Assembly: GCA_045587925.1 (NCBI GenBank)
Contig: JAZNDF010000121.1
Coordinates: 2,403 to 66,402, forward strand
From: Faecousia sp.
GTDB lineage: Bacteria > Bacillota > Clostridia > Oscillospirales > Oscillospiraceae
Direction of reading: 5' to 3'
Length of the DNA: 64,000 nucleotides
Below, piece after piece: positions 1 through 10,056 of the stretch (within the stretch, counting starts at the first letter, position 1; the number at the start of each line of letters is the position of its first letter). The translations under genes and the position numbers were made by a program. A model generated the notes under the pieces. The model saw only the letters and a list, made by a program, of their open reading frames with translations. It had not been told where the DNA came from and searched no databases.

Positions 1-1
1 A

Positions 2-970
2 ATACTTTTTGCAGTCGTACTGGGAATTCTGGTGCCCGCAATCTTTATGAAAACGGCGCGGAATGTGAAAAAAACGGAGCAGGACAACAGGGAAGAAACT
101 ACGCTTCCGGAAGTGACAGAGCAGACCCAGGCAACGCAAAAGCCGCAGGTCTCTTTTCAGCTTCCTGTGTTAATGAAGGATGGAAGTATCGTTCAAATGG
201 ACCTGGAAGCATACATTACCTGTGTAGTACTTGCGGAAATGCCTGCGGATTTTGAAAAAGAGGCGCTGAAAGCGCAGGGCGTCGTTGCACGAACCTATGC
301 GCTGAAGGGATATTTTGGCAAGGAAAAGCATTCCCAGAAGGCAATTTGTACGGACCCATCCTGCTGTCAGGCCTTTTGTACCTATGAGGACTATATGGCA
401 AAAGGCGGGACGCAGATCGCGTTTGATAAGGTGGAAGATGCAGTATTACAGACGCAGGGTATGGTGTTAACATACAACGGTGCGCTGATCGATGCTACCT
501 ATTTTTCCTGCTCCGGGGGTAAAACGGAGGATGCACAGGCTGTCTGGGGATCGGATGTTCCTTATTTGCAGTCTGTAGTCAGTCCCGGTGAGGAAAAAGC
601 TGCCCATTATATGGATACGGTTTTCTTTACCTTGCAGGAATTTGCAGATTGCATCAGCATCGATAAAGCATCTTTGCAAGGGGACTGGATCGGAGATATT
701 TCCTATACAAAGGGCGGCGGTGTTGCCAGCATCCGTATATGCGGTCAGGATTATACTGGCACACAAATGCGGCAGCTTTTAGGATTGCGTTCCACGGCGT
801 TTGTCATAACAGCAGTGGGAAACACAGTCACAGTAACCACAAAGGGCTTCGGTCACAGAGTTGGAATGAGCCAGTACGGTGCAGATGCTATGGCAGTTTC
901 TGGCAGTACTTATGTAGAAATTCTTACATATTATTATCAAGGTACTGTACTTGAGCAATTTGAGATTTGA
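2..970 (+). CDS. spoIID: Stage II sporulation protein D (SpoIID/LytB lytic transglycosylase); probably 5'-partial
   Basis: Motifs VLAEMP..FEKEALKAQGVVARTY, YFSCSGGKTE and GFGHRVGMSQYGA. The frame is open back to the window edge through a hydrophobic segment. Confidence 0.9.
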   Translation: MLFAVVLGILVPAIFMKTARNVKKTEQDNREETTLPEVTEQTQATQKPQVSFQLPVLMKDGSIVQMDLEAYITCVVLAEMPADFEKEALKAQGVVARTYALKGYFGKEKHSQKAICTDPSCCQAFCTYEDYMAKGGTQIAFDKVEDAVLQTQGMVLTYNGALIDATYFSCSGGKTEDAQAVWGSDVPYLQSVVSPGEEKAAHYMDTVFFTLQEFADCISIDKASLQGDWIGDISYTKGGGVASIRICGQDYTGTQMRQLLGLRSTAFVITAVGNTVTVTTKGFGHRVGMSQYGADAMAVSGSTYVEILTYYYQGTVLEQFEI

Positions 971-995
971 CAAAGATGTGGTTTTCTTGTAGAAT
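967..995 (+). promoter_or_regulatory. sigma-A type promoter for metA
   Basis: TTGACA-17 nt-TAGAAT upstream of an AAGGAGG SD. Confidence 0.7.
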
Positions 996-1027
996 ATCCA
1001 AAAAAGAAAGATAAAGGAGGACGACCA

Positions 1028-1951
1028 TTGCCTATTCAAATTCCCAATGATTTGCCTGCCGCGGCAACACTTCAGCAGGAGAACATATTTGTAATGACGG
1101 AAAACCGGGCAGTTTCTCAGGATATTCGTCCGCTGGAAATTGTGCTGTTAAATTTAATGCCCACAAAGGTCGTAACGGAAACACAGCTTTCCCGGCTGTT
1201 GGGTAATACACCCTTGCAGGTGCGGCTGGAGCTGATGCATACCAGCTCACATAAATCGAAAAATGTATCTGCTGATCATCTTTTGAATTTCTACAAGAGC
1301 TTTGATGAGCTCAAGCACAGAAAATTCGATGGCATGGTCATTACCGGCGCACCGGTTGAGAATATGCCTTTCGAGGATGTGGATTACTGGCCGGAGCTGT
1401 GCCGGATTATGGAGTGGAGCAAGACGAATGTCCATTCCACCTTCCACATTTGCTGGGGTGCACAGGCCGGATTGTATTATCATTATGGCATTAAAAAGCA
1501 CCAGCTCGATGAAAAAATGTTTGGTGTGTTCCCCCACAGTGTAGATTACAAGCGATCTATTCTTCTGCGTGGCTTTGACGATCTTTTCTGGGCACCCCAT
1601 TCCCGCCATACCACGGTGATGCGTGAAGAGATCGAGGCAGTTCCGGGACTTAAAATATTGGCATCCTCTCCTGAGGCAGGTGTTTATGCAGTTACCAGCA
1701 AGGAAGGCCGCCAGATCTTCATTACCGGACACTCGGAGTACGATCCCGATACCCTGAAGAAGGAGTATATGCGGGATAAAGCACTGGGGCTGCCCATCCG
1801 TGTGCCGGAAAATTATTTCCCGGACAACGATGATACACAGGAACCGGTTGTTCGCTGGCGTGGGCATGCAAATCTTCTGTTTTCCAATTGGCTCAATTAT
1901 TTTGTTTACCAGACGACGCCTTATGATATTATGACGATCGGTCAGGAATAA
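1028..1951 (+). CDS. metA: Homoserine O-acyltransferase MetA, likely acetyl-specific; TTG start
   Basis: LNLMP, ITGAPVE (Glu at the specificity position, typical of acetyltransferases), [13 protein letters not shown]. Confidence 0.93.
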   Translation: MPIQIPNDLPAAATLQQENIFVMTENRAVSQDIRPLEIVLLNLMPTKVVTETQLSRLLGNTPLQVRLELMHTSSHKSKNVSADHLLNFYKSFDELKHRKFDGMVITGAPVENMPFEDVDYWPELCRIMEWSKTNVHSTFHICWGAQAGLYYHYGIKKHQLDEKMFGVFPHSVDYKRSILLRGFDDLFWAPHSRHTTVMREEIEAVPGLKILASSPEAGVYAVTSKEGRQIFITGHSEYDPDTLKKEYMRDKALGLPIRVPENYFPDNDDTQEPVVRWRGHANLLFSNWLNYFVYQTTPYDIMTIGQE

Positions 1952-2008
1952 CGATTTTGTCAAGGCGGGCGTTTGCTCGCCTTGATTTGTGTTTTGGGAG
2001 GTGCTGTT

Positions 2009-3709
2009 ATGAATTTGTGGATCGATGGTAAGGTATGTTCGCCAAAACCAGAACAGACCCTTCTGGATCTGGTGCGGCAAAACGGGCAGGAGTCAGCACT
2101 GCTGTCTGCGCGGCCCCTGGCCGCAAAAATTGCCGGCGAAGTTTTCAACTTAAATTACATACCGCTCAGAGAAAAGGACAGCGGTGTTGACCGCCCGTCT
2201 ATTCGTCGGGCAATGGCCGCCTCCAATGGGGTTATTCAGCTTCTTCGCTACGACGACCCGGCGGGACGGGATGTTTACATTCGAACGGCACAATTTGTCC
2301 TGTTTATGGCATTGTCACAGCTGTGGCCTTCTGCAAGGGCGAAGATCAATTGCACTGTGGGCCAGGCTTTGCTGATCGAGGTTTTCGGTGCAGAGGATTT
2401 TTCTGTCCGGAAGCTGGAAGAACAGGTAAAGACCCTTCAGCGGATGGATATCCCCCTTGTCCGTAAACGGGTAACGAAGGATGCGGCAGTTGATTGGTTT
2501 TTGAAGCACAGGCGGCAGGATAAAGCCAGATTACTCAAATGGCGGCAAGAGGATTATTTTGACCTGTATTCCTACGGAGATTTTTCCGACTATTATTATG
2601 GGGAGCTTTTGCCGTCTACCGGTTATTTGCAGGTTTGGGAAATTCGTCCCACAGAGGGCGGCTTTTTGTTCATTTATCCCGATCAGAATGCGCCGGACTG
2701 TGTGGCAGAATATGAGGAAATGCCCCGTTTTCTATCGGTGAGTGTGGAGGGAAAGCGCTGGTGCGAGCTGATGGAATGTGAAACGGTAGCGGACCTGAAT
2801 GATCTTGTGCAGAATGGAAAGATTCGTGATTTAATTCGGGTGAACGAGGCTTTGCACGAAAAACGGTTTGCACAGACAGCAGATATGATCTGTCACAGAG
2901 GCGCAAAAGCCGTTTTGCTGGCAGGACCCAGTTCTTCCGGCAAAACGACCTCAGCAAACCGTTTGGCGGCACAGCTGCGTGTCCACGGAAAAAAACCGGT
3001 GCTGATGAGTCTGGACGATTATTATCATGATCGGGATAAGATCGCCCCCGGTCCGGATGGAAAGGTAGATCTGGAGCACATAAATACCATTGATACCCAG
3101 TTGTTCCGCGAACATATTCTGGCGCTGATGTCCGGTGAAGAAGTGGAACTGCCAAGCTTTAACTTTGTGAAAGGGAAGCGGGAATATCGGGGAAGATACC
3201 TGCGCTTTGATAAGGATACCGTTATCATTGTTGAGGGGCTGCATGCCTTAAATCCCACACTCTTGCCGACTTCGATCCCAAAAGAAATGGTGTTTCGGCT
3301 GTATGTAAGCCCGTTGCTTCCCCTGAGCCTGGATGACCATAATCGGATACCTACAAGCCTGCTTCGCCTATTGCGGCGGACGGTGCGGGATCACGAGACC
3401 AGAGGCGCTTCGGTTGCCCAAACGGTTGAAATGTGGGATATGGTTAGACGGGGAGAAAAGAAGTGGATATTCCCGTTTCAGGAAAATGCGGATATGTTTT
3501 TCAACAGCTCCACACTGTATGAGCTGTCTGTGCTGAAAAAGCACATTTACCCACTGCTTGCGGACATTCAGCCGGAGGACAGCTGTTATGAGACTGTTCG
3601 CTCCATTGTTAAGGTTCTTAATTATGTAGTCGAGGCAGATGTAGATGATGAAATTCCGCCCACCAGTCTGGTGCGTGAGTTCATTGGGGGAAACAGTTTT
3701 TACAGGTGA
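2009..3709 (+). CDS. Nucleoside (uridine) kinase family protein with ThrRS-like N-terminal region
   Basis: P-loop AGPSSSGKTT, SLDDYY, VEGLHALNP, DDHNRIPT; GGAGG SD before ATG 2009. Confidence 0.8.
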   Translation: MNLWIDGKVCSPKPEQTLLDLVRQNGQESALLSARPLAAKIAGEVFNLNYIPLREKDSGVDRPSIRRAMAASNGVIQLLRYDDPAGRDVYIRTAQFVLFMALSQLWPSARAKINCTVGQALLIEVFGAEDFSVRKLEEQVKTLQRMDIPLVRKRVTKDAAVDWFLKHRRQDKARLLKWRQEDYFDLYSYGDFSDYYYGELLPSTGYLQVWEIRPTEGGFLFIYPDQNAPDCVAEYEEMPRFLSVSVEGKRWCELMECETVADLNDLVQNGKIRDLIRVNEALHEKRFAQTADMICHRGAKAVLLAGPSSSGKTTSANRLAAQLRVHGKKPVLMSLDDYYHDRDKIAPGPDGKVDLEHINTIDTQLFREHILALMSGEEVELPSFNFVKGKREYRGRYLRFDKDTVIIVEGLHALNPTLLPTSIPKEMVFRLYVSPLLPLSLDDHNRIPTSLLRLLRRTVRDHETRGASVAQTVEMWDMVRRGEKKWIFPFQENADMFFNSSTLYELSVLKKHIYPLLADIQPEDSCYETVRSIVKVLNYVVEADVDDEIPPTSLVREFIGGNSFYR

Positions 3710-3726
3710 TTGGCTTTCGCCTGCAG

Positions 3727-3773
3727 AAAAATCCCGGCAAAGGAAGGTGTGTCCTTCTTTGCCGGGATTTTTT
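3727..3773. terminator. Bidirectional intrinsic terminator
   Basis: AAAAATCCCGGCAAAG...CTTTGCCGGGATTTTTT between convergent genes. Confidence 0.85.
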
Positions 3774-3781
3774 ATAGATAG

Positions 3782-4996
3782 TTAGATTACATTCTGCCTG
3801 TATTTTGCGATATAGCTGTCAGCAGCAAGATGGAGGGATTTGAAGGAGTCTCCGTTTAAGATGCGGCTGTACATATCCAGTGTCATTTTATACAGGGCGC
3901 TTCCTGCATCCAGCGCAGAAATTTGATTGAGGACCCACATCGCGTTCTCGGTACTTTGTCCCATTTCGCTTGCTTCAGCAAGATAGCGATGAATGCCTGC
4001 GGCTGTGCCGATTGCGATATATGCCGGCAAAATGCCGCATTCTTCTGCTAATGTGCCTGCACCGATGAGCCGGTCCGAGGGAGACAGCTTTCTGGTGGGA
4101 TCGTTGCCTACGCGCTGGCAGGTATCCTTCAGTGCGGCATTGGTAAACCGATACAGAAGATCGTCAATATGCAGCAGAATTTCATCCAGAGAAGCATTGT
4201 ATTTTCTTGACAGTGTGCGGGCGCTTTCGGTCATTGCGTTACGGACAATGATGTAAATATCATCCCGATCGATTGCTTCGTAGATGTATGTAAGGTTCAT
4301 CAGACCGCCCAGATACGCACAGGCGGCGTGACCCATATTGTGAATATAAAGCTTTCTTTTTAGATAGAAATCGAAGGGAGATGCGGGAACAAGGGCTTTG
4401 ATTTCAGGAATATCTCCCTTAAATGCGTCCTTGTCTACAGGCAGGAAGCCGTACCGCTCTACACACACGCGCAAAGGATCTCCGTCCTTCATTTCCTCGG
4501 TCTGGATGGGTACCATTCTGCCGATGGAGGCTTCCACAAGTCCCACATTTCTGCTAAACCACTGCTTTTCTTCCTCGTTCAGCTGCTCCAGGATCATACC
4601 TTCCAGGATCTTGTTTGCATCCATCAAATTTTCACAGATGATGATGTTGAAGGGTGCGTCACCCTTTGCCATCCGCATACGCAGACCGGCGACCAGATTG
4701 GGGATGATGAACTTAAGAATGTTGACACCAACTGCAGTCGCCATAATATCTGCCTGGCAGATCGCCTTTGCGGTGGCGTCGATATCCTTGCCGTTTACCG
4801 CACGCACATTGGAAACGGTAATATCCTGATGGCTATCGCTGGATATAATGCGAACGGGATAGCTGTTTCTGCGGTTAAGTTCGTTAACCACTGTATCGGC
4901 AACATCTACAAATGTAACCTCATAACCGGCCTGGGAGAACAAAGCACCGATAAAACCTCGTCCAATGTTTCCACCACCGTACATAACTGCTTTCAT
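3782..4996 (-). CDS. Mannitol-1-phosphate 5-dehydrogenase-like polyol dehydrogenase
   Basis: YGGGNIGRGFIG, TAVG, IICEN, RKLYIHNMGH, RVGNDPTRKL..DRL motifs of the MtlD family. Confidence 0.82.
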   Translation of the reverse strand: MKAVMYGGGNIGRGFIGALFSQAGYEVTFVDVADTVVNELNRRNSYPVRIISSDSHQDITVSNVRAVNGKDIDATAKAICQADIMATAVGVNILKFIIPNLVAGLRMRMAKGDAPFNIIICENLMDANKILEGMILEQLNEEEKQWFSRNVGLVEASIGRMVPIQTEEMKDGDPLRVCVERYGFLPVDKDAFKGDIPEIKALVPASPFDFYLKRKLYIHNMGHAACAYLGGLMNLTYIYEAIDRDDIYIIVRNAMTESARTLSRKYNASLDEILLHIDDLLYRFTNAALKDTCQRVGNDPTRKLSPSDRLIGAGTLAEECGILPAYIAIGTAAGIHRYLAEASEMGQSTENAMWVLNQISALDAGSALYKMTLDMYSRILNGDSFKSLHLAADSYIAKYRQNVI

Positions 4997-5017
4997 AGTT
5001 AACCTTCTTCCTGTATA

Positions 5018-5965
5018 TCAGTTGCATTCAGCTTCCAGAGGACCTGCCAGTTCTTTCAGGAAGAAAAGTCTGCCGGGCAGAGTGGGGATATAAGAGGAAG
5101 TGATCCAGGGGGTCTTGCCGTACCGCAGAGTCATCCACAGGGAAAGACCTTGCCACTGCATACCGCGGCCCAGTGTGCCGTCTGCACCGCCGATGGCGTA
5201 GTCAGCCTGCAGGAAAAGGCCGGGGCCAATCGTATTGGCGCGGCAGGGAACCAGAGGGGTTCTGGACTTGAAGCTGGTCAGCGCATTTTGCTCCACAGTC
5301 AGGGGATGGATTTTTGCAGCGATCCGATAAGGTGCTGCTTCCCAGGCCTCTGCAGTTTCGTAGTCCGCGGCGAAGGTAGGCTCCCAGAATGCAATGTGGC
5401 ACATTCTGCCAATGCCGTACACCAGCACCAGCTTCGCGCCTTCGGATTTCAGCTTGCTGATTTTCTCAGGATAGGTGGGGAGGTTGTCCTTGGTCGCAAA
5501 GTTTCTGTGGTCCTTGGGGACGGTCAATTCGCCCAGAGGATTAAACAGTGCCTGCTCCATTGCGTACTGGAAAGCACCGGGGTTGTCAGATGCCAGGGTG
5601 TTGCCTTCGGCGTCTGCCCACTCGTCCATATTGAAGGTGTACACGTGGTCGCAGGTAACATTCCATTCCTTCAGGAAGTAAACCACCCACTTGTACATAC
5701 CCATAGGACCTACGGGAAGAATGAAAGCGATCTTCTCACCACGATCCTTTGCAAGCTTGATCTGCATTGCGATCTCGTGACCCATATATGTTTCAAATTC
5801 CCCAAGGGAGTCGCAGGAAATGGGGGTAAAGCCCTTGTTCCAATGTGCCTGGGGGACTGTGACGGTTTCCGGCTTGTCGATACAGGCGTCGATCTTGTCA
5901 AAATCCCAGCCCGCAGGGTAGAAGCCTTCCAGAGCGGAGCCCTTAACGGTAGAATTAAAGTTCAT
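5018..5965 (-). CDS. Glucosamine-6-phosphate deaminase/isomerase (NagB-fold)-like protein
   Basis: [25 protein letters not shown] resemble divergent NagB motifs. Confidence 0.72.
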   Translation of the reverse strand: MNFNSTVKGSALEGFYPAGWDFDKIDACIDKPETVTVPQAHWNKGFTPISCDSLGEFETYMGHEIAMQIKLAKDRGEKIAFILPVGPMGMYKWVVYFLKEWNVTCDHVYTFNMDEWADAEGNTLASDNPGAFQYAMEQALFNPLGELTVPKDHRNFATKDNLPTYPEKISKLKSEGAKLVLVYGIGRMCHIAFWEPTFAADYETAEAWEAAPYRIAAKIHPLTVEQNALTSFKSRTPLVPCRANTIGPGLFLQADYAIGGADGTLGRGMQWQGLSLWMTLRYGKTPWITSSYIPTLPGRLFFLKELAGPLEAECN

Positions 5966-5979
5966 AGTGCATTTCTCCT

Positions 5980-6687
5980 TTACGGTAGTAATCTTTTTGT
6001 TGTACCCTTAAGATAGACCTGACATTGGGTAAAGCCCTCTGCATATTCGGCACCGCACTGGAAACCGCGGTAACGGCAGCAGGTTTTGACCATATCAGGG
6101 AAATCAATGTTGTCGTGGTCCCGCATCCAAACGATTTGGGATTCGTGGCAGTTAAGCATTTCCAGCTTCTTGTCAATGTATTCGGACACATCCACATACT
6201 CGGTAGGATTGAAATTCACACCGGCCAGAGTGTCCATATAGTAGATGGGCACAAGCCTTGCGTGGCCCTCTACCGCCGTTTTGTAATTGGGTAAGGTCGC
6301 TGTGAAGCTTGCATCAAAGACGAGGCGGGAAACCGCGGTATGGTCGGGCATATAGTCGTTTGGTGCGTGGGTGATGATAAAATCAGGATCGACGGATTTG
6401 ATGATATCTACCACCTTATCACGGGCTTCCTTGTTGTTGTCATAGATGTCCAGATCGTCAAAACGGCTGTGGATGATCTCAATGCCTGCCAGCTCAGCGG
6501 ACCGTTCGGCCTCCTTGGCGCGGATCTTGATCAGTTCATCGGGCGGAATGATCACGTGTCCCAGGTTGCCGCTGGATAAATGGCAGACGACCACACGGTC
6601 ACCCCGCGCTTTACATTTCAGCAATGTTCCTGCGCAGGCGATCTCCATATCGTCCGGATGGCAAGAGATAACTAATACGGTATAAAT
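5980..6687 (-). CDS. PIG-L/LmbE family deacetylase; apparent ATT start at 6687
   Basis: In-frame CHPDDME motif lies partly upstream of the first ATG (6648); also ITH..DYMPDH and CHESQ. AGGAGGG SD at 6700-6694. Confidence 0.82.
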   Translation of the reverse strand: MYTVLVISCHPDDMEIACAGTLLKCKARGDRVVVCHLSSGNLGHVIIPPDELIKIRAKEAERSAELAGIEIIHSRFDDLDIYDNNKEARDKVVDIIKSVDPDFIITHAPNDYMPDHTAVSRLVFDASFTATLPNYKTAVEGHARLVPIYYMDTLAGVNFNPTEYVDVSEYIDKKLEMLNCHESQIVWMRDHDNIDFPDMVKTCCRYRGFQCGAEYAEGFTQCQVYLKGTTKRLLP

Positions 6688-6787
6688 AAGAATCCCTCCT
6701 TTTTTCTTTTATTATAGCAGTCAGGGGGTTGCAATGGAGTGTAAAATAGGCTATTATATTTATAAAATCAGACAATGAGGTTTTGAT

Positions 6788-7675
6788 ATGAAAGACAATT
6801 TTACAAGGATAAGCTTTGATAAGATATTTAATATTGAGAAGATCATTACATTGTTTTATATGGAAATGCCCCGTGATTTCAGTTATGACGGCGAAAAGCA
6901 CGATTTTTGGGAAATGGTATATATCGATAAAGGGGAAATGTTTTGTACAGCGGATAAAAAGAGATTTGTGCTCAAAAGCGGTGAAATGACCTTTCACAAG
7001 CCAAATGAATTTCATAACCTTGCCGGAGACGGCAAGACTGCGCCCAATGTCAGCATCATCACCTTTGAATGCCGCAGTCGGGCTATGAAATATTTTGAAG
7101 GAAAGATATTCCGTCTTGACAGTGAGCAAAAAGGGATGCTTTCTATGCTTTTTGAGGAGGGGCTGTCCTGCTACCAGTTGAGCGAGCCGAAAAATCCGTT
7201 GATTCAAAATATGAAAAAACTGGAGACTGCACCTTATGGCAGCAGTCAGATGACAAAAAACCTTTTGGAGATCTTCTTGATAAAGCTTTATCGACACACG
7301 GATGTTCTGACCAATAAGGTGCGCCGCAGTTATGTGATCGACGGTATGGATGTACCTTACAATGTCAAGGAGATTTTGGATTACTTAAAAAGCAGTGTAT
7401 ACGATAAGATCACCATCGGGGATGTTGCGCGAAGGATCGGAAAAAGCGAAAGCACAGTCAAGCAGATATTTGCGACCTATCGGAAAAATGGGATTATGCG
7501 TTATTATAACGGACTTAAAATTGCAGAAGCCAAGCGCTTGATCCGAGAAGGAAAATACAATATGACCCAGATATCCGATATGCTTTGCTTTGATAATCCT
7601 CAGTACTTTTCCAAGTGCTTTAAGGATTTTGCAAAAATGACGCCCAGTGAATATAAGTCAACCATTATAAAATAA
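6788..7675 (+). CDS. AraC family transcriptional regulator
   Basis: N-terminal cupin (HDFWEMVYIDKG) and C-terminal FDNPQYFSKCFK..TPSEY; divergent from the deacetylase operon. Confidence 0.92.
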   Translation: MKDNFTRISFDKIFNIEKIITLFYMEMPRDFSYDGEKHDFWEMVYIDKGEMFCTADKKRFVLKSGEMTFHKPNEFHNLAGDGKTAPNVSIITFECRSRAMKYFEGKIFRLDSEQKGMLSMLFEEGLSCYQLSEPKNPLIQNMKKLETAPYGSSQMTKNLLEIFLIKLYRHTDVLTNKVRRSYVIDGMDVPYNVKEILDYLKSSVYDKITIGDVARRIGKSESTVKQIFATYRKNGIMRYYNGLKIAEAKRLIREGKYNMTQISDMLCFDNPQYFSKCFKDFAKMTPSEYKSTIIK

Positions 7676-7694
7676 AAGGAGGCGGGAGAAAAAT

Positions 7695-8543
7695 ATGAAA
7701 CAGATCGTATTGAACCACCGGGATGTGTTAAATCTTTTGCCGGACAGAGATCCTTATGCCCACAAAGGAGACTTTGGAAAGCTCTTGTTGCTGTGCGGCA
7801 GTAAAGGATATACCGGCGCGGCTGCACTTGCGGCTATGGGCGCATTGCGCAGCGGCGCAGGGCTGGTCTATCTGGGAGTGCCGGAAAGCATTTATATGAT
7901 CGAAGCAATCAAATTGACAGAGGCCATTGTTTTTCCCTTGCCGGATGACGGCGGGATGCTTTCTGTACAGGCAGAAAAGGAAATTGAGAAGCATTTAGAA
8001 AACAAGGATGCTGTGCTGATCGGACCCGGACTGGGTCGATCCCAGGGGACATTTCAGGCTGTAAAGACGGTGTTGGAGCATTTTGATGGTCCGGTCGTTT
8101 TGGATGCCGATGGAATAAATGCCATAAAGTCGCATAAAGATATTGTGCGTGGAAGGACAAGTCCGACCATCCTGACACCTCATAGCGGTGAATTTAGCCG
8201 TATTTTCGGAAGAATGCCAGAGGATCGGATCGCGGATGCATCAGCACTTGCATTGGAGTTGAATGCTATTGTATTGCTGAAGGGTCACCGGTCGGTAATT
8301 ACCGATGGGAAAACCTGCTATATCAACAGCACAGGAAATCCCGGAATGGCAGTGGGCGGCAGTGGAGATGTGCTGGCCGGTATTATCGTCAGTTTGCTGG
8401 GGCAGGGAATACCGCCGCTGGAGGCAACTGCCTGCGGGGCCTGGCTTGCCGGTGCGGCAGGTGATATTTGCCGGGAGGAGATCGGACAGTACGGTCTGCT
8501 GCCAAGCGATACGGTGCAGGTCCTACCGCGACTGTTAAAATAA
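7695..8543 (+). CDS. nnrD: ADP-dependent NAD(P)H-hydrate dehydratase
   Basis: HKGDFG, GAGLV, IGPGLG, VLDAD, LTPH.GEF, GGSGDVLAG. Confidence 0.92.
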   Translation: MKQIVLNHRDVLNLLPDRDPYAHKGDFGKLLLLCGSKGYTGAAALAAMGALRSGAGLVYLGVPESIYMIEAIKLTEAIVFPLPDDGGMLSVQAEKEIEKHLENKDAVLIGPGLGRSQGTFQAVKTVLEHFDGPVVLDADGINAIKSHKDIVRGRTSPTILTPHSGEFSRIFGRMPEDRIADASALALELNAIVLLKGHRSVITDGKTCYINSTGNPGMAVGGSGDVLAGIIVSLLGQGIPPLEATACGAWLAGAAGDICREEIGQYGLLPSDTVQVLPRLLK

Positions 8544-8554
8544 GGCGGGATGAT

Positions 8555-9115
8555 ATGAAACGCATTTTTGCTGTGCTGTTGCTGATGGTGTGTTTGACAG
8601 GCTGTGAAAGTTCCGGAAATCAAATGCATCGCCCAATGGCACTGCGCGAGAAGCTGTTAAAGGGAAACGGCTGTACCTTTGATGCAGTTATTACAGCGGA
8701 TTACACCGATAAGGTCTATACATTTTCTATGGCTTGTCAGGTGGACGGACAGGGAGATCTTACATTTACAGTGACCGATCCTTCGTCGATTTCCGGAATT
8801 ACCGGATCGATCACGACGCAAGGGGGTCACCTGACTTTTGACGGAAAAGCACTGGCTTTTGAGATGCTTGCCGACGGTCAGGTCACACCGGTCAGCGCCC
8901 CGTGGCTCTTGATGCGCACCTTGCGGGGCGGTTACCTGTCAGCCTGCGGGCAGGACGGTGAATACTTGCGCGTTACCGTAGATGACAGCTATGAGGAAAA
9001 CGCCCTGCATCTGGACATTTGGCTGGACAGTCAGGATGCGCCTGTCCGGGCGGAAATTTTATGGCAGGGTCAGCGCGTGGTGTCGCTTGAGGTCAGAAGC
9101 TTTTTGTATATGTAG
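8555..9115 (+). CDS. Putative lipoprotein, LolA/GerS-like
   Basis: Signal peptide MKRIFAVLLLMVCLTGC with lipobox; position between nnrD and mazF matches the Firmicute ydcC/gerS locus. Confidence 0.6.
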   Translation: MKRIFAVLLLMVCLTGCESSGNQMHRPMALREKLLKGNGCTFDAVITADYTDKVYTFSMACQVDGQGDLTFTVTDPSSISGITGSITTQGGHLTFDGKALAFEMLADGQVTPVSAPWLLMRTLRGGYLSACGQDGEYLRVTVDDSYEENALHLDIWLDSQDAPVRAEILWQGQRVVSLEVRSFLYM

Positions 9116-9175
9116 CATTTTGTCAACCGTGGCATAGGATAAATTACAAGTGATACCGTATATTTTTCTGTTGTG

Positions 9176-9244
9176 CGTGGGAGAATACTTTTAACCGCGT
9201 TACATATGGAAAACTTCCGGTAGCGCAGGTAATGATTTCCCACG
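9176..9244 (+). promoter_or_regulatory. Structured 5' leader of mazF (possibly the pemK RNA motif)
   Basis: Nested stems 9176-9186/9235-9244, 9194-9203/9220-9230 and 9208-9211/9215-9218, ending at the SD. Confidence 0.5.
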
Positions 9245-9257
9245 GAGTGTGAAAAAA

Positions 9258-9623
9258 ATGGACAGCACGGTTAAACGCGGTGATATTTTTTATGCAGACC
9301 TATCTCCGGTCGTCGGCAGTGAGCAAGGCGGAACACGCCCGGTACTGATCGTACAGAACGATACGGGCAACCGACATTCCCCGACAGTGATCGCCGCGGC
9401 GATCACAAGCCAGACTTCAAAGGCCCGGCTTCCTACCCATATCAGCATTGCCGGGGGCAGTGTTGGTCTCAGCAAGGATTCTGTCATTTTGCTGGAGCAA
9501 ATTCGTACCATCGACAAGCGCAGACTCAGGGAGCATATGGGCAGATTGGATGACCAGCATATGCTCTTGGTGGATGATGCCATTGCCATTAGCTTTGGAC
9601 TCAATGAAAACAGAATAATGTGA
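9258..9623 (+). CDS. mazF: PemK/MazF family endoribonuclease (NdoA/EndoA-like)
   Basis: [57 protein letters not shown]. Confidence 0.95.
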   Translation: MDSTVKRGDIFYADLSPVVGSEQGGTRPVLIVQNDTGNRHSPTVIAAAITSQTSKARLPTHISIAGGSVGLSKDSVILLEQIRTIDKRRLREHMGRLDDQHMLLVDDAIAISFGLNENRIM

Positions 9624-9669
9624 ATGGAAAGCCCCCTTATCGCATACAACAGTGATAAGGGGGTATTTT

Positions 9670-10056
9670 ATGCAACGGTGTTATGATATCTTGTTGGGTG
9701 AACAAAGAATAGGTACTGCAAAAGTGATGCCGGAAGGCCTTTATTACCACTTCCAATGCGTTTGCCGGCTGTCCGGAGAGGTGATGTATCAGCTAAAAGC
9801 TGTGTGTGGTCAAAAGGAGACATCTCTGGGAATTTGCGTGCCGGTTCCGGGCGGATTTGGGGTGGATACAAAAATTCCGGTAAAGACAGTAGGGGAAGGG
9901 GAATTTGCATTTTATGCTGCACCAAGACACAAGGATGTGAAAGGAAAATTTGTGCCCATTCGTGCAGAGGAACCGTTTATGTATATGGAAAGACTGGCAG
10001 ACGCATCTCTGAGTATGGAAAACGGACAGCCTGGGATTTGGATCGGGGGAATGTGA
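9670..10056 (+). CDS. Hypothetical protein
   Basis: 128-aa ORF with AAGGGG SD filling the gap; no recognised motif. Confidence 0.65.
   Translation: MQRCYDILLGEQRIGTAKVMPEGLYYHFQCVCRLSGEVMYQLKAVCGQKETSLGICVPVPGGFGVDTKIPVKTVGEGEFAFYAAPRHKDVKGKFVPIRAEEPFMYMERLADASLSMENGQPGIWIGGM

Noticed and set aside
971-1027. SAM riboswitch or T-box before metA
   Set aside because: Leader is only about 25 nt between promoter and start codon; no room
2009-3709. ThrRS-like/uridine kinase fusion as a novelty
   Set aside because: This architecture is a widespread known family in anaerobes
6611-7297. 228-aa minus ORF as a possible N-terminal extension of the PIG-L gene
   Set aside because: Different frame and antisense to araC; the PIG-L frame has its own SD and an upstream stop
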